Positions 25,835-37,885 of a stretch of 64,000 nt of DNA are shown piece by piece. The stretch covers positions 12,299 through 76,298 of the forward strand of contig DASYUQ010000077.1 of NCBI GenBank assembly GCA_036001065.1, read 5' to 3'. Numbering within the stretch: position 1 is the stretch's first letter; every line of letters starts with the position of its first letter. The position numbers and the translations under genes were made by a program. This DNA comes from Candidatus Methylomirabilota bacterium (GTDB taxonomy: Bacteria; Methylomirabilota; Methylomirabilia; Rokubacteriales; CSP1-6). Under the pieces are notes generated by a model, which worked only from the letters and a program-made list of their open reading frames with translations, was not told the origin of the DNA and ran no database searches.

Positions 25835-26862
25835 GCCACCAGCTCCACGCCGCGCTCGCCGGCCACGATCTCGCCCAGCCGGTGCACCGTCTCGCCGGCG
25901 ACGGCGAGCGCCGCTCCGGCGGCCTCGGCGTGCGGCGCCGGCACGACGACCACGTAGCCGATCCCCATGTTGAAGGTCCTGAACATCTCCGCGTCGGCCA
26001 CCCGGCCGGCCCGCTGCAGCGTCTCGAACACGGCCGGCACCTGCCACGACTTGCGGTGGATCAGGGCGCGACACCCCTCGGGCAGCACGCGGGGAACGTT
26101 CCCGACGATCCCGCCGCCCGTGATGTGCGCCATCGCTCCCACCTCCATCCGCTCCAGCAAGGCGAGGATCGGGCGCACGTAGATCCGCGTCGGCTCCAGC
26201 AGCTCGGCGGCGACGGCGCGGCCCGTTCCGGGCAGCTCGGCGTCGATCGACAGCTTGAGGACGTCGAAGACGATCCGGCGCGCCAAAGAGTAGCCGTTCG
26301 AGTGGAGGCCGGACGATGCCAACCCGAGCAGGATGTCTCCCGGTCGCACGCGAGCGCCGTCGACGATGCGGCTCTGCTCCACGACGCCCACGGCGAACCC
26401 GGCCAAATCGTATTCTCCCGGCCCGTAGAGGTCGGGCAGCTCGGCGGTCTCCCCCCCGATCAGCGCGCAGCCCGCCCGCCGGCACCCCTCGACCACCCCG
26501 CGCACGATCGTCTCCACCCGCGCGGGGTCCAGGCGCGCGATGCCGATGTAATCCAGAAAGTAGAGGGGCTCGGCGCCGTGGACGAGAAGGTCGTTGACGC
26601 CCATGGCCACCAGGTCGATGCCCACGGTCTGGTGGCGGTCGGCCATGAAGGCCACTTTGAGCTTCGTGCCCACGCCGTCCGTCGACGACACCAGCACCGG
26701 CTCGCGGAACTTCTGGGGCACCCTGACGAACCCCGCGAAGGCCCCGATGCCGCCGATGACCTCCGGCCGGAAGGTGGTACGGGCCAGCGGCGCGATGCGG
26801 CGAACCGCCTCGTCGCCGGCCTCGATGTCGACGCCGGCGTCACGGTAGGTCGGTCGATCCAT
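25831..26862 (-). CDS. purM: Phosphoribosylformylglycinamidine cyclo-ligase (AIR synthetase)
   Basis: Start ATG 26862 (MDRPTYRDAGVDIEAGDEAV...). The first 45 aa of the track ORF are read-through of repeat copy E. Confidence 0.85.
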   Translation of the reverse strand: MDRPTYRDAGVDIEAGDEAVRRIAPLARTTFRPEVIGGIGAFAGFVRVPQKFREPVLVSSTDGVGTKLKVAFMADRHQTVGIDLVAMGVNDLLVHGAEPLYFLDYIGIARLDPARVETIVRGVVEGCRRAGCALIGGETAELPDLYGPGEYDLAGFAVGVVEQSRIVDGARVRPGDILLGLASSGLHSNGYSLARRIVFDVLKLSIDAELPGTGRAVAAELLEPTRIYVRPILALLERMEVGAMAHITGGGIVGNVPRVLPEGCRALIHRKSWQVPAVFETLQRAGRVADAEMFRTFNMGIGYVVVVPAPHAEAAGAALAVAGETVHRLGEIVAGERGVELVA

Positions 26863-26877
26863 CGGCGGCGCTAGCTC

Positions 26878-26952
26878 AGTCGGAGGGGGCCTCGGCGGCC
26901 CCCTCCGAGGCCTCCCCCAGGAAGGGATGGCGCCGGCGGAGCCGGCGCTCGA
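26878..26952. repeat. GC-rich palindromic repeat element, copy E (reverse orientation), in the purF-purM intergenic spacer
   Basis: agtcggagggggcctcggcggccccctccgaggcctcccccaggaagggatggcgccggcggagccggcgctcgaa. Its 3' 22 nt are the exact reverse complement of copy A's 5' 22 nt (ttcgagcgccggctccgccggc). Confidence 0.6.
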
Positions 26953-27000
26953 AACAGCGAGCAGTGGCCGGAGTAAGCTGGCGCCATTCGCCAACAACCG

Positions 27001-28413
27001 CTAGTCGTCGAACAGCCTGAGCTGCGGGCTCGGCTCGGGCGCGATCCCCACCCGGTAATTGCCGGTGAAGCAGGCGTGGCAGAAGTGGCTGGGGTCCGCG
27101 CCGGTGGCCTTCAGCATGCCCTCGAGCGAGAGGTATCCGAGCGAATCGGCGCCGACATACCGGCGGATCTCTTCGACGTTGTGACTGGCGCCGATCAGCT
27201 CCCTCCGGGTCGGGGTGTCGATGCCGTAGTAGCAGGGCCACTTGATCGGCGGCGACGAGATCCGCATGTGGACCTCGCGGGCGCCGGCGTTCCGGATCAT
27301 CCTCACGATCTTGCGGCTGGTGGTGCCGCGGACGATCGAGTCGTCGACGACCACGACCCGCCGCCCCTCCAGCATCTCCCGCATCGGGTTGAGCTTCACC
27401 TTGACGCCGAAGTGGCGGATGCCCTGCTTGGGCTCGATGAACGTGCGGCCCACGTAGTGGTTGCGGATGAGGCCCATCTCGTAGCGCACCCCCGACTGCT
27501 CGGAGAAGCCGAGCGCCGCGCTGGTGCCCGAGTCCGGCACCGGGATGACGATGTCGGCCTCCACCGGGTGCTCGCGAGCCAGCTCCCGCCCGAGCGCCTT
27601 GCGGACGGTGTGCACGTTGCGGCCCCAGAGGACGGAGTCGGGCCGCGCGAAGTAAACGTACTCGAAGACGCAGTGCAGGCGCTCCCCGGCGGGGGCGTAG
27701 CGGCGAGATTGCACGCCGGCCTCCGAGATGACGACGATCTCCCCCGGCTCGACCTCGCGCTCGTACTTCGCCTCGATGAGGTCGAGCGCGCACGTCTCCG
27801 AGGCGACCACCCACGAGTCGGTGAGCCTCCCCAGTCCCAGCGGCCGGAAGCCATTCGGGTCGCGCACGGCGTACATGGCGTCCGGCGTGAGGATCAGCAG
27901 CGAGTATGCCCCCGTCACCTGCCGGAGCGCATGCGGGAGTTGCTCCGCCAGCGTCCCGGCGGGGGCGCGCGCGAGGAGGTGGAGGATGACCTCGGTGTCG
28001 GAGTTGGACTGGAAGATGGCGCCCTCCCGCTCCATCTCCCTCCGCAGCGCCTCGGCGTTGGTCAGGTTGCCGTTGTGGGCGATGGCGATCGGGCCGCGGG
28101 CGGTGTTGGCCGTGATGGGCTGGGCGTTGCGGAGCTTCGAGGAGCCGGCCGTCGAGTAGCGGACGTGACCGATGGCGCGGTGGCCGGGAAGCCGGCGCAG
28201 GCGCTCGGGGCCGAAGACGTCGGCGACCCATCCCATCGCCTTCTCGGTGTGGAAGCTCTGCCCGTCGGTCGCGGCGATCCCCGCGGACTCCTGCCCGCGG
28301 TGCTGGAGCGCGTAGAGACCGAGGTAGGCGACGTTGGCGGCCTCCGGATGATTCCAGATGCCGAACACCCCACACTCGTCGTGGAACTTGTCGTCACGCC
28401 AGGTGACGCTCAA
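27001..28413 (-). CDS. purF: Amidophosphoribosyltransferase
   Basis: Short propeptide, then CGVFGIW (Ntn Cys), a PRTase domain, and C-terminal Fe-S cysteines. Confidence 0.85.
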   Translation of the reverse strand: MSVTWRDDKFHDECGVFGIWNHPEAANVAYLGLYALQHRGQESAGIAATDGQSFHTEKAMGWVADVFGPERLRRLPGHRAIGHVRYSTAGSSKLRNAQPITANTARGPIAIAHNGNLTNAEALRREMEREGAIFQSNSDTEVILHLLARAPAGTLAEQLPHALRQVTGAYSLLILTPDAMYAVRDPNGFRPLGLGRLTDSWVVASETCALDLIEAKYEREVEPGEIVVISEAGVQSRRYAPAGERLHCVFEYVYFARPDSVLWGRNVHTVRKALGRELAREHPVEADIVIPVPDSGTSAALGFSEQSGVRYEMGLIRNHYVGRTFIEPKQGIRHFGVKVKLNPMREMLEGRRVVVVDDSIVRGTTSRKIVRMIRNAGAREVHMRISSPPIKWPCYYGIDTPTRRELIGASHNVEEIRRYVGADSLGYLSLEGMLKATGADPSHFCHACFTGNYRVGIAPEPSPQLRLFDD

Positions 28414-30616
28414 AGCCCCTCCTCCAAGCCTGTTCGAGGCTCTCGATCGCGGCGTCGATCACCGTCGTCGACCCGCAGCGAACTCTCAGCCGCTCGCTCC
28501 CCGTGGTCCCGATCCAGCGCCACGGAATGGCCGACTCCGCCATCAGCCCCTCGAACTCCAGGACCCGCGCCGGGTCGACGGAGACGACCACCCGCGACGG
28601 TCCTTCGCCGAAGAGCATGAGATCGGCCCGCGCTCCCTCGGGCAGCGTCACGCTACATCCCACCGGCTCCCGGCCGGTGACGCAGCCCTCCGCCAGCGCC
28701 ACCGCCAGGCCGCCCTCGGCGCAATCGTGCGCGGAGAGCACGAGCCCGGCGCCGATCGCCGCCTGGACGGCCGACTGTACCCGCCGCTCCCGCCCCAGGT
28801 CCAGCGGCGCCAGCGGCCCGGCGAGGCGGCGGTGGAGCATCCACAGGTACTCGCTTCCCCCCAGGCTGACGGCGTCGGGACCCAGCAGGGCGAGACGGTG
28901 GCCCGCCCCCTTGAACCACTGCGTGACCGCCCGCCCCGCCTCCGCGAGCACGCCGACCACGCCCACGACGGGCGTGGGGAGAATGGCCTGCCCGTTGGTT
29001 TCATTGTAGAAGGAAACGTTGCCGCCCACTACCGGCAGATCGAGGGCGCGGCAGGCCTCGGCGAGGCCGTCGATCGCCTCGGCGAACTGCCAGAGGATCT
29101 CGGGCCGCTCGGGCGAGCCGAAATTCAGGCAGTCCGTGACGCCCAGCGGTCGACCACCCGCGCAGGAGACGTTCCGCGCCGCCTCGCAGACCGCCATGGC
29201 CGCTCCGCGACGGGGATCGAGAAACACTTGCCGGCCGTTGCCGTCGGTCGAGATCGCCAGGGCGCGGCGCGTGCCCTTCACTCTCAGCACCGCCGCGTCG
29301 GAGCCCGGCAGCACCAGGGTGTTGATCCCGACCTGCTGGTCGTACTGGCGGAACGCCCACTCCTTGGAGCCGATGGTCGGCGACCCCAGGACCGCCAGCA
29401 GCGCCTCCTCGTAATCCGCCGGCTCCGGCAGGGCCAGGGGATCGAAGGCCCGTAGCTCGGCCAGCCACGGGGGCGGCGCGGTCGGCTTCTCGTAGCGAGG
29501 CGCCTCGGCCAGCGCCTTCACTGGCACGCGGGCGGCGATCTCCCCGTGGTGGCGCACGGTCAGGTTGCCGTCGTCGGTGACCCGTCCGATCTCGACGGCG
29601 TCCAGCTCCCACTTGGCGAAGACCCGCCGCACCTCCTCCTCGCGGCCGCGCGCCACGACCAGCAGCATGCGCTCCTGCGACTCCGAAAGAAGGATCTCGT
29701 AGGGGGTCATCTCGATCTCGCGCTGGGGCACGCGCGACAGCTCCACCTCCATGCCGGTGCCGGCCCGCGCCGGCATCTCCGAGGTGCAGCAGGCCAGCCC
29801 GGCCGCGCCCATGTCCTGGATCCCCACCACGGCGCCGGTCTGCATGAGCTCCAGACAAGCCTCGAGGAGCAGCTTCTCCGTGAAGGGATCGCCCACCTGC
29901 ACCGTCGGGCGGCGCTCCTGGGCACGCTCGTCGAACGTCGACGAGGCCATCGTGGCGCCGTGGATGCCGTCGCGCCCCGTCTTGTTGCCGACGTAGAACA
30001 CGGGATTCCCCACCCCCTCGGCGCGGGCGCGGAAGATCCGGTCGGCCCGGACGAGCCCCACGCACATCACGTTGACGAGGGGGTTGCCCGCATACTCGGG
30101 GGCGAAGGCGATCTCGCCGCCGACGGTGGGGCAGCCGAAGCAGTTGCCGTACCAACTGATGCCGGACACGACCCCCTCGATCAGCCGGCGCGTCCGGGGG
30201 TCGTCCGGCTCGCCGAAGCGGAGGGAATCGAGGATGGCGATGGGGCGGGCGCCCATCGTAAAGATGTCCCTCAGGATTCCGCCCACCCCGGTGGCGGCGC
30301 CCTGGAAGGGCTCGATGAACGAGGGGTGATTGTGGCTCTCGATCTTGAACACGACGGCCCAGCCGTCGCCGATGTCGACGACACCGGCGTTCTCGCCGGG
30401 CCCCTGCAGCACATGCGGCCCCGCTTGGGGCAGCCGGGCCAGGAACACGCGCGAGTGCTTGTAGGCACAGTGCTCCGACCAGAGGGCGGAGAACAGCCCC
30501 AGTTCGGTGTAGGTGGGCTCGCGACCGAGCCGCTCGATGATCCGGTCGTATTCGTCGGCAGTGAGGCCCAGTTCGCGCGCGAGGTCCGGTGTCGCCTTCG
30601 GCTCCGACCCCGTCAA
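28394..30616 (-). CDS. purL: Phosphoribosylformylglycinamidine synthase subunit PurL (FGAM synthase II)
   Basis: 740 aa with [12 protein letters not shown]. It overlaps purF by 20 nt. Confidence 0.85.
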   Translation of the reverse strand: MTGSEPKATPDLARELGLTADEYDRIIERLGREPTYTELGLFSALWSEHCAYKHSRVFLARLPQAGPHVLQGPGENAGVVDIGDGWAVVFKIESHNHPSFIEPFQGAATGVGGILRDIFTMGARPIAILDSLRFGEPDDPRTRRLIEGVVSGISWYGNCFGCPTVGGEIAFAPEYAGNPLVNVMCVGLVRADRIFRARAEGVGNPVFYVGNKTGRDGIHGATMASSTFDERAQERRPTVQVGDPFTEKLLLEACLELMQTGAVVGIQDMGAAGLACCTSEMPARAGTGMEVELSRVPQREIEMTPYEILLSESQERMLLVVARGREEEVRRVFAKWELDAVEIGRVTDDGNLTVRHHGEIAARVPVKALAEAPRYEKPTAPPPWLAELRAFDPLALPEPADYEEALLAVLGSPTIGSKEWAFRQYDQQVGINTLVLPGSDAAVLRVKGTRRALAISTDGNGRQVFLDPRRGAAMAVCEAARNVSCAGGRPLGVTDCLNFGSPERPEILWQFAEAIDGLAEACRALDLPVVGGNVSFYNETNGQAILPTPVVGVVGVLAEAGRAVTQWFKGAGHRLALLGPDAVSLGGSEYLWMLHRRLAGPLAPLDLGRERRVQSAVQAAIGAGLVLSAHDCAEGGLAVALAEGCVTGREPVGCSVTLPEGARADLMLFGEGPSRVVVSVDPARVLEFEGLMAESAIPWRWIGTTGSERLRVRCGSTTVIDAAIESLEQAWRRGFERHLA

Positions 30617-30630
30617 TCCGCCTCCAGCGG

Positions 30631-31344
30631 TTACCGCTTCAAGAAGCCGCCGTCCTCGACGAGGCTGCCGAGGAGGGACTGGAAGATCAGCAGCCCGTCG
30701 GTGCTACCCATCGCCGGCTCGGCCGCCCGCTCGGGATGCGGCATGAGTCCCAGCACGGTCCCCTCCTCGTTGACGACGCCGGCGATGCTCTCCAGGGAGC
30801 CGTTGGGATTGGCCGCCCGCGTGACCTGGCCTTCGGCCGTCGCGTAGCGGAACACGATCTGGCCGTTCTTCCTGAGCTTCGCCAGCGCCCCGGCGTCGGC
30901 ATAGTACTTGCCCTCGCCGTGGGAAATCGGCATCGTCAACACCTGCCCCACGCGCAGACCCCGAGTGAAGGGCGTGTCCACGTTCTCGACCACGAGATGC
31001 GTCTGCTGGCAGCGATACTGCAGGCACTCGTTGCGCATGAGCGCGCCGGGCAGGAGGCCGGCCTCGCACAGGATCTGAAACCCGTTGCAGGAGGCGAGCA
31101 CATGCCCGCCGCGCGCGACGAAGTCACCCAGCGCCTCCACCACCGGCGAGCGGCCGGCCACGGCGCCGGCTCTCAAGTAATCGCCGTAGGAGAAGCCGCC
31201 CGGCAGGATGACGCAGTCGAAGTCATCGAGGTTCCGGTCGCGGTGCCAGATGTACTTGACCGGCTGCCGCAGGACTTCCGAGACCACGTAGTGGAAGTCG
31301 CAGTCGCTCCAAGTCCCCGGGAACACGACCACGCCGAATCTCAT
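30631..31344 (-). CDS. purQ: Phosphoribosylformylglycinamidine synthase glutaminase subunit
   Basis: [16 protein letters not shown]..., a class I glutamine amidotransferase. Confidence 0.85.
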   Translation of the reverse strand: MRFGVVVFPGTWSDCDFHYVVSEVLRQPVKYIWHRDRNLDDFDCVILPGGFSYGDYLRAGAVAGRSPVVEALGDFVARGGHVLASCNGFQILCEAGLLPGALMRNECLQYRCQQTHLVVENVDTPFTRGLRVGQVLTMPISHGEGKYYADAGALAKLRKNGQIVFRYATAEGQVTRAANPNGSLESIAGVVNEEGTVLGLMPHPERAAEPAMGSTDGLLIFQSLLGSLVEDGGFLKR

Positions 31345-31414
31345 GGAGTCGATTCTCCTCTCGAGGCAGGACTATCTTACCGCTGCCAGGCGGCACCGAG
31401 CAAGCGAAGCGCGC

Positions 31415-31648
31415 TCACTCGATCGTGTACTCCTCGAGCAGGGGGTTGGCGAGGAGCCGGCGGCACATCTCGTCGGCGCGGGCGCGGGCCTGCGCGGCCG
31501 TGGGAGCCTCCAGCTCGACCTCGATCACCTTGCCCACCCGCAGGTCGGCCACGTCGGTGAAGCCGAGGCCCATCAACGCGCGCTTGACGGCCGCGCCCTG
31601 AACGTCGAGGATGCCCGGCTTGAGCCGGACGAGCACGCGCACTTTCAT
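31415..31648 (-). CDS. purS: Phosphoribosylformylglycinamidine synthase subunit PurS
   Basis: Start ATG 31648 (MKVRVLVRLKPGILDVQG...), about 77 aa. ATGA overlap with the purC stop. Confidence 0.75.
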   Translation of the reverse strand: MKVRVLVRLKPGILDVQGAAVKRALMGLGFTDVADLRVGKVIEVELEAPTAAQARARADEMCRRLLANPLLEEYTIE

Positions 31649-32388
31649 GTCCGCGGCGCGCCGCCTTCGACGAGACGCCGGAACACTTCCTGGTAGGCGT
31701 CCTCCACGCCCCCCAGATCCTGGCGGAAGCGGTCCTTGTCCAGCTTGGCGCGGGTCCGGGCGTCCCACAGGCGGCAGGTGTCGGGTGAGATTTCGTCGCC
31801 CAGGTAGAGCCGGCCGCGGGCACGCCCGAACTCGAGCTTGAAGTCGACCAGCAGGAGCCCCCGGCGCGCCATGTGCGGCCGGAGTACGCGATTGATCCGG
31901 AGGGCCATCCGCCGGAGCCAGGCCAGCTCCCGGGGTGTGGCCAGCCCCAGCAGCCGCACGTGGTCGTCGGTGATCATGGGATCACCGAGCGGATCCGACT
32001 TGTAGTAGAGCTCCACGATCGGCTGCTTGATCGGAGTCCCTTCCTCGAACCCGGTGCGCTTGGCCAGGCTGCCGGCCACGATGTTGCGGACGATCGTCTC
32101 GATGCGGATGATCTCGAGCCGCCGGCAGAGCATCTCGCGGTCGGAGAGGGTGGCCAGATAGTGGGTGGGCACCCCCGCCCGCTCGAGCCGCTGGAACAGC
32201 GCCGCCGACATCCGGTTGTTCACCACGCCCTTGCCGACGATGGTCCCGCGCTTGAGCGCGTTGAAGGCGGTGGCGTCGTCCTTGAAGTACTGGATGATCA
32301 GATCCGGCCGGCTGGTCGCGTAGACGATCTTCGCCTTGCCTTCGTAGAGCTTCTCGCCCTGCTCGACCTCCGGAATCGCCCTCTTCAT
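31645..32388 (-). CDS. purC: Phosphoribosylaminoimidazole-succinocarboxamide synthase
   Basis: Start ATG 32388 (MKRAIPEVEQGEKLYEGKAKIVY...). Confidence 0.85.
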   Translation of the reverse strand: MKRAIPEVEQGEKLYEGKAKIVYATSRPDLIIQYFKDDATAFNALKRGTIVGKGVVNNRMSAALFQRLERAGVPTHYLATLSDREMLCRRLEIIRIETIVRNIVAGSLAKRTGFEEGTPIKQPIVELYYKSDPLGDPMITDDHVRLLGLATPRELAWLRRMALRINRVLRPHMARRGLLLVDFKLEFGRARGRLYLGDEISPDTCRLWDARTRAKLDKDRFRQDLGGVEDAYQEVFRRLVEGGAPRT

Positions 32389-32413
32389 CGCTCTACCCTC
32401 TATTTCGCGCTTT

Positions 32414-32520
32414 TCGAGCGGCGGCTTTGCCGCCGCGATCCTATGGGGTGGTTCGGAGGGGGCCGCGAGGCCCCCTCTGACTAGGGATCCCGGAGGGGGC
32501 GGCGCCCCCCTCCGACAAAA
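32414..32520. repeat. GC-rich palindromic repeat element, copy B (forward orientation), overlapping the purB 3' end
   Basis: ttcgagcggcggctttgccgccgcgatcctatggggtggttcggagggggccgcgaggccccctctgactagggatcccggagggggcggcgcccccctccgacaaaa. It is near-identical to copy A. The 5' hairpin has compensatory changes (GCGGCGGCtttGCCGCCGC versus GCCGGCtccGCCGGC). Confidence 0.65.
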
Positions 32521-33808
32521 GTCCGGCCCGCCTGAAGATCGCGTCGACATGACGGAGGTACCACGCCGGATCGAAGCACGCCTTCAGCTCGTCCGGCCCG
32601 ACTCGCTCGGTGATCGCCGGGTCGGCGGCGAGAAGCTCCAGGAATGACCGCCGCTCCCGCCAGGCCTGCATGGCGTTGCGCTGCACGATCTCGTAGGCCG
32701 CCTGGCGCGCCAGCCCCGTCTCGGTGAGCTTGAGCAGCACCCGCTGGGAGTAGACGAGGCCGTAGCTCCGCTCGAGGTTCTCCGCCATGCGAGCCGGGTC
32801 GACCTCGAGGCCCTCGACGACGAACGTCGTCAGATCGAGCAGGTAGTCGACGAGGATGGTCGAGTCCGGCAGGATGACGCGCTCGACGGAGGAGTGGCTG
32901 ATGTCGCGCTCGTGCCACAGCGCGACATTCTCGAGCGCGGCCAGCGCGTTGGTCCTGACGAGCCGCGCCAGCCCGCAGATGCGCTCGGTCAGCTCGGGGT
33001 TGCGCTTGTGGGGCATGGCGCTGGAGCCCTTCTGGCCCTCGGCGAAGGGCTCCTGGGCCTCCAGGATCTCCGTCCGCTGGAGGCCCCGGATCTCCAGGGC
33101 GATCTTCTCGAGGGAGGCGGCGGCGACGGCGAGCCCCGTAGAGAACTCCGCGTGGCGGTCGCGCTGGACGATCTGGGTGGAGACGGCCGCCGGCTCCAGG
33201 CCCAGCTCCCGGCAGACCTCCTCCTCGATCTCGGGCTCGACGTGGGCGAAGTTGCCGACGGCTCCCGACAGCTTGCCCACGGCGACGGCCGCCCGCGCCC
33301 GGCGGAGGCGCTCGAGGTTCCGCCCGGCCTCCGTGTACCACACCGCCACCTTCAGGCCGAACGTCGTCGGCTCGGCGTGAACGCCGTGAGTCCGGCCGAC
33401 GATTAGGGTGTCCTTGTGGCGGCGGGCCAGCTCGCCGAGTGCCGCGCGCAACCGCTCCTGGCCGGCGATGAGGAGGTCGGCGGCCTCGCGAAGCTGGAGG
33501 GCCAGCGCCGTGTCCCACACGTCGTTGGTGGTGAGCCCGATGTGGACGAAGCGGGAGTCCGCGCCCAGCTGCTCCTCGAGGCTGGTGAGGAGCGCGATCA
33601 TCTCGTGCTTGACCCGCCGCTGGATCTCGAGGATCCGGTCGACGTCGACGCGAGCCTTGGCCCGGACGCGGGCCAAGGCCTCGACCGGGATGCGGCCGCG
33701 GCGGGCATAGGCCTCGCACACGGCCAGCTCCACGCGCAGCCAGGTGGCGTACTTGGACTCCTCGCTCCAGATTCGCCCCATGGCCGGACGCGTGTACCGC
33801 TCGATCAC
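32441..33808 (-). CDS. purB: Adenylosuccinate lyase, with C-terminal about 25 aa and stop codon supplied by a repeat element
   Basis: Canonical PurB through ...WYLRHVDAIFRRAGL. It then reads LSEGGAAPSGIPSQRGPRGPLRTTP* from repeat copy B. The same repeat-encoded peptide frame is seen in the CoA-transferase (SEIPSQRGPHDPLRTSP). Confidence 0.85.
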   Translation of the reverse strand: MIERYTRPAMGRIWSEESKYATWLRVELAVCEAYARRGRIPVEALARVRAKARVDVDRILEIQRRVKHEMIALLTSLEEQLGADSRFVHIGLTTNDVWDTALALQLREAADLLIAGQERLRAALGELARRHKDTLIVGRTHGVHAEPTTFGLKVAVWYTEAGRNLERLRRARAAVAVGKLSGAVGNFAHVEPEIEEEVCRELGLEPAAVSTQIVQRDRHAEFSTGLAVAAASLEKIALEIRGLQRTEILEAQEPFAEGQKGSSAMPHKRNPELTERICGLARLVRTNALAALENVALWHERDISHSSVERVILPDSTILVDYLLDLTTFVVEGLEVDPARMAENLERSYGLVYSQRVLLKLTETGLARQAAYEIVQRNAMQAWRERRSFLELLAADPAITERVGPDELKACFDPAWYLRHVDAIFRRAGLLSEGGAAPSGIPSQRGPRGPLRTTP

Positions 33809-33955
33809 GCCCTCACCTTAAAGGAAAACCCGGGCAAGGGAAAGCGGCAAGCCGGGCCGGACAACGAGCCAGACGAGGCCCGAAGGAGGAGCCCACCGGA
33901 GCGTACGTGTTTGTACGTGAGGATGGGCGACGACTGAGAACGAAGTCTGGCGACG

Positions 33956-35216
33956 TTATCCGGCCCGGCTCAGTTCGCGGGGGAGATTGCGCCGGTCCAG
34001 CGGGCCGTAGGTCGTCAGCGCCAGCCGGTCCTCGTCCAGGAGCTGGCTGACGAGCACCTGGACCTCCTCGTGGCGGACGGCGTCGATGGCTGCGAGCATG
34101 GCGGCCATCGTGAGGAACGAGCCGAAGTGCAGCTCGTGCTTGGCCAGCCGGTTCATCCGGCTCGAGGTGGACTCCAGCGACAGCATGAGGCTGCCCTTGA
34201 GGTGATCCTTGGCGCGCCGCAGCTCGTCCTCCCGCACGCCGTGCTTCTTGAGATCCCGGATCTCCTTGAGGATCGACTTGAGCACCTTCGAGAAGTTGGG
34301 CGCGTCGGTCGCCGCGTAGATGTAGAGGGTGCCCGTGTCGCGGAAGGCCTGGGCGCCGGAGTGGATGGAGTAGACCAGCCCCTGACGTTCGCGGACCTCC
34401 TGGAAGAGGCGGGAGGACATGCTGCCGCCGATGATGTCGTTGAGGAGGAAGAGCGCGTACCGCTCGGGTGCGGAGTGGCTGAGCCCGGGGAAGCCCATCA
34501 CCACGTGGACCTGCTCCAGCTCCTTCTGGACGATGTTCACACCCGGCTTCATCACCGGCACCGTGTTCGGGCGCTCGATCGGCTGGCGGCGGAAACCGTC
34601 GAAGCCGGCGCCGAACAGTTCCAGCACTCGGTCGTACGTGACATTGCCGGCCACGGCGATGATGATCTTGGGGGGCGCGTAGTGCTCCACGAAGTGCGTG
34701 TGGATGGCGTCCCGCCCGTAGCCGATGACGGCCTCCCGGGTGCCCAGGATCGGCCGCCCCAGCGGGTGCCCTTCCCAGACGTGCGCGGCGAAAAGATCGT
34801 GGATGAGGTCGTCGGGCGTGTCCTCGACCATCTTGATCTCCTGCAGCACCACGGACTTCTCCCGCTCCAGCTCCTCGGCGTCGAAGAGCGGGTGCAGGAG
34901 GATGTCGGTGAGCAGGTCCACGGCCAGGGGTAGATGCTCGTCGAGGACCTGCACGTAGAAGCAGGTGTGCTCCTTCGTGGTGAAGGCGTCCATCTGCCCG
35001 CCCACGGAATCCATGGTGCGGGCGATCATCTCGGCGCTGCGCGTCGCCGTGCCCTTGAAGACCAGGTGCTCGATGAGGTGGGACATGCCGGCCCGGCCCT
35101 CGGGCTCGTGGCGGGAGCCGGTCTCCACCCAGACGCCGACGGCCACCGACCGGACGTGGGACATCCGCTCGGTGACGACGCGGATGCCGTTCGGCAGCAG
35201 GCCCTTCCGGTATTCT

Positions 35217-35224
<8 letters not shown>
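33956..35224 (-). CDS. M16-family zinc metallopeptidase (insulinase-like)
   Basis: Inverted zincin motif HLIEHLVFKGT...E, 422 aa. Confidence 0.7.
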
Positions 35225-37358
<2,134 letters not shown>

Positions 37359-37464
37359 ACAAATGCTCGTCCTCGCGTGTCGGCCGGAGTCCGGCGAACG
37401 CCGTGTGGCGCGGGACGTGTCGCCCGCGCAGGGGCCCCCGGAACCGTTCCGTCCGAGGACCTGT

Positions 37465-37494
37465 CGTGAAAAGCGAGACCGCCGTCACCGGCGG
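37465..37494 (-). terminator. Stem-loop overlapping the rpsO stop (CCGCCG-gtga-CGGCGG) followed by a uCuCGCUUUUC tract; rpsO terminator / pnp leader hairpin
   Basis: The minus strand reads ATC CGC CGG TGA CGGCGG TCTCGCTTTTCAC. This mirrors the rpsO-pnp intergenic organisation in other bacteria. Confidence 0.45.
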
Positions 37495-37754
37495 ATTCCG
37501 AGCTTCTCGATGATGGCGCGATATCGCTCGGAGTCTTTGTTGCGCAGATACTCGAGGAGCCCGCGGCGCTTGCCGATCAGCATGAGCAGGCCGCGTCGCG
37601 AGTGGTGGTCTTTCGTGTGCTGCTTGAAGTGCTCGGTCAGTCCGTTGATCCGCTCCGACAGGAGCGCGATCTGAACCTCCGGCGAGCCCGTATCGCCCTC
37701 GTGAACACGGAACTGCTCGATCAGGCTTCGCTTCTTGTCGATGGACAGCGGCAT
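37485..37754 (-). CDS. rpsO: 30S ribosomal protein S15
   Basis: Start ATG 37754 ([32 protein letters not shown]...) with RBS GGAGGAGGG. Confidence 0.9.
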   Translation of the reverse strand: MPLSIDKKRSLIEQFRVHEGDTGSPEVQIALLSERINGLTEHFKQHTKDHHSRRGLLMLIGKRRGLLEYLRNKDSERYRAIIEKLGIRR

Positions 37755-37815
37755 CGGGAGGCCCTCCTCCAATCGCCACGCTCCGGGGAGGACACCTCCG
37801 CCAGAACGGGTTCCC

Positions 37816-37847
37816 AAAAACCTCTTTCCCCCTGTAATTACAGGGGG
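37816..37847 (-). terminator. Intrinsic-terminator-like hairpin (CCCCCTGTAAT/ATTACAGGGGG) + U-tract between ribF and rpsO
   Basis: The minus strand reads CCCCCTGTAATTACAGGGGG AAAGAGG TTTTT. A perfect 10-bp palindrome. Confidence 0.45.
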
Positions 37848-37885
37848 AATCCTATCACCGAAACGCCGCCGAGTAAAGCCGGCGG

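Noticed and set aside
33809-33955. Calling a ZTP or purine riboswitch in the pur leader
   Set aside because: Only partial by-eye similarity. The conserved 3' pseudoknot consensus was not found. Left as a low-interest finding pending a CM scan.
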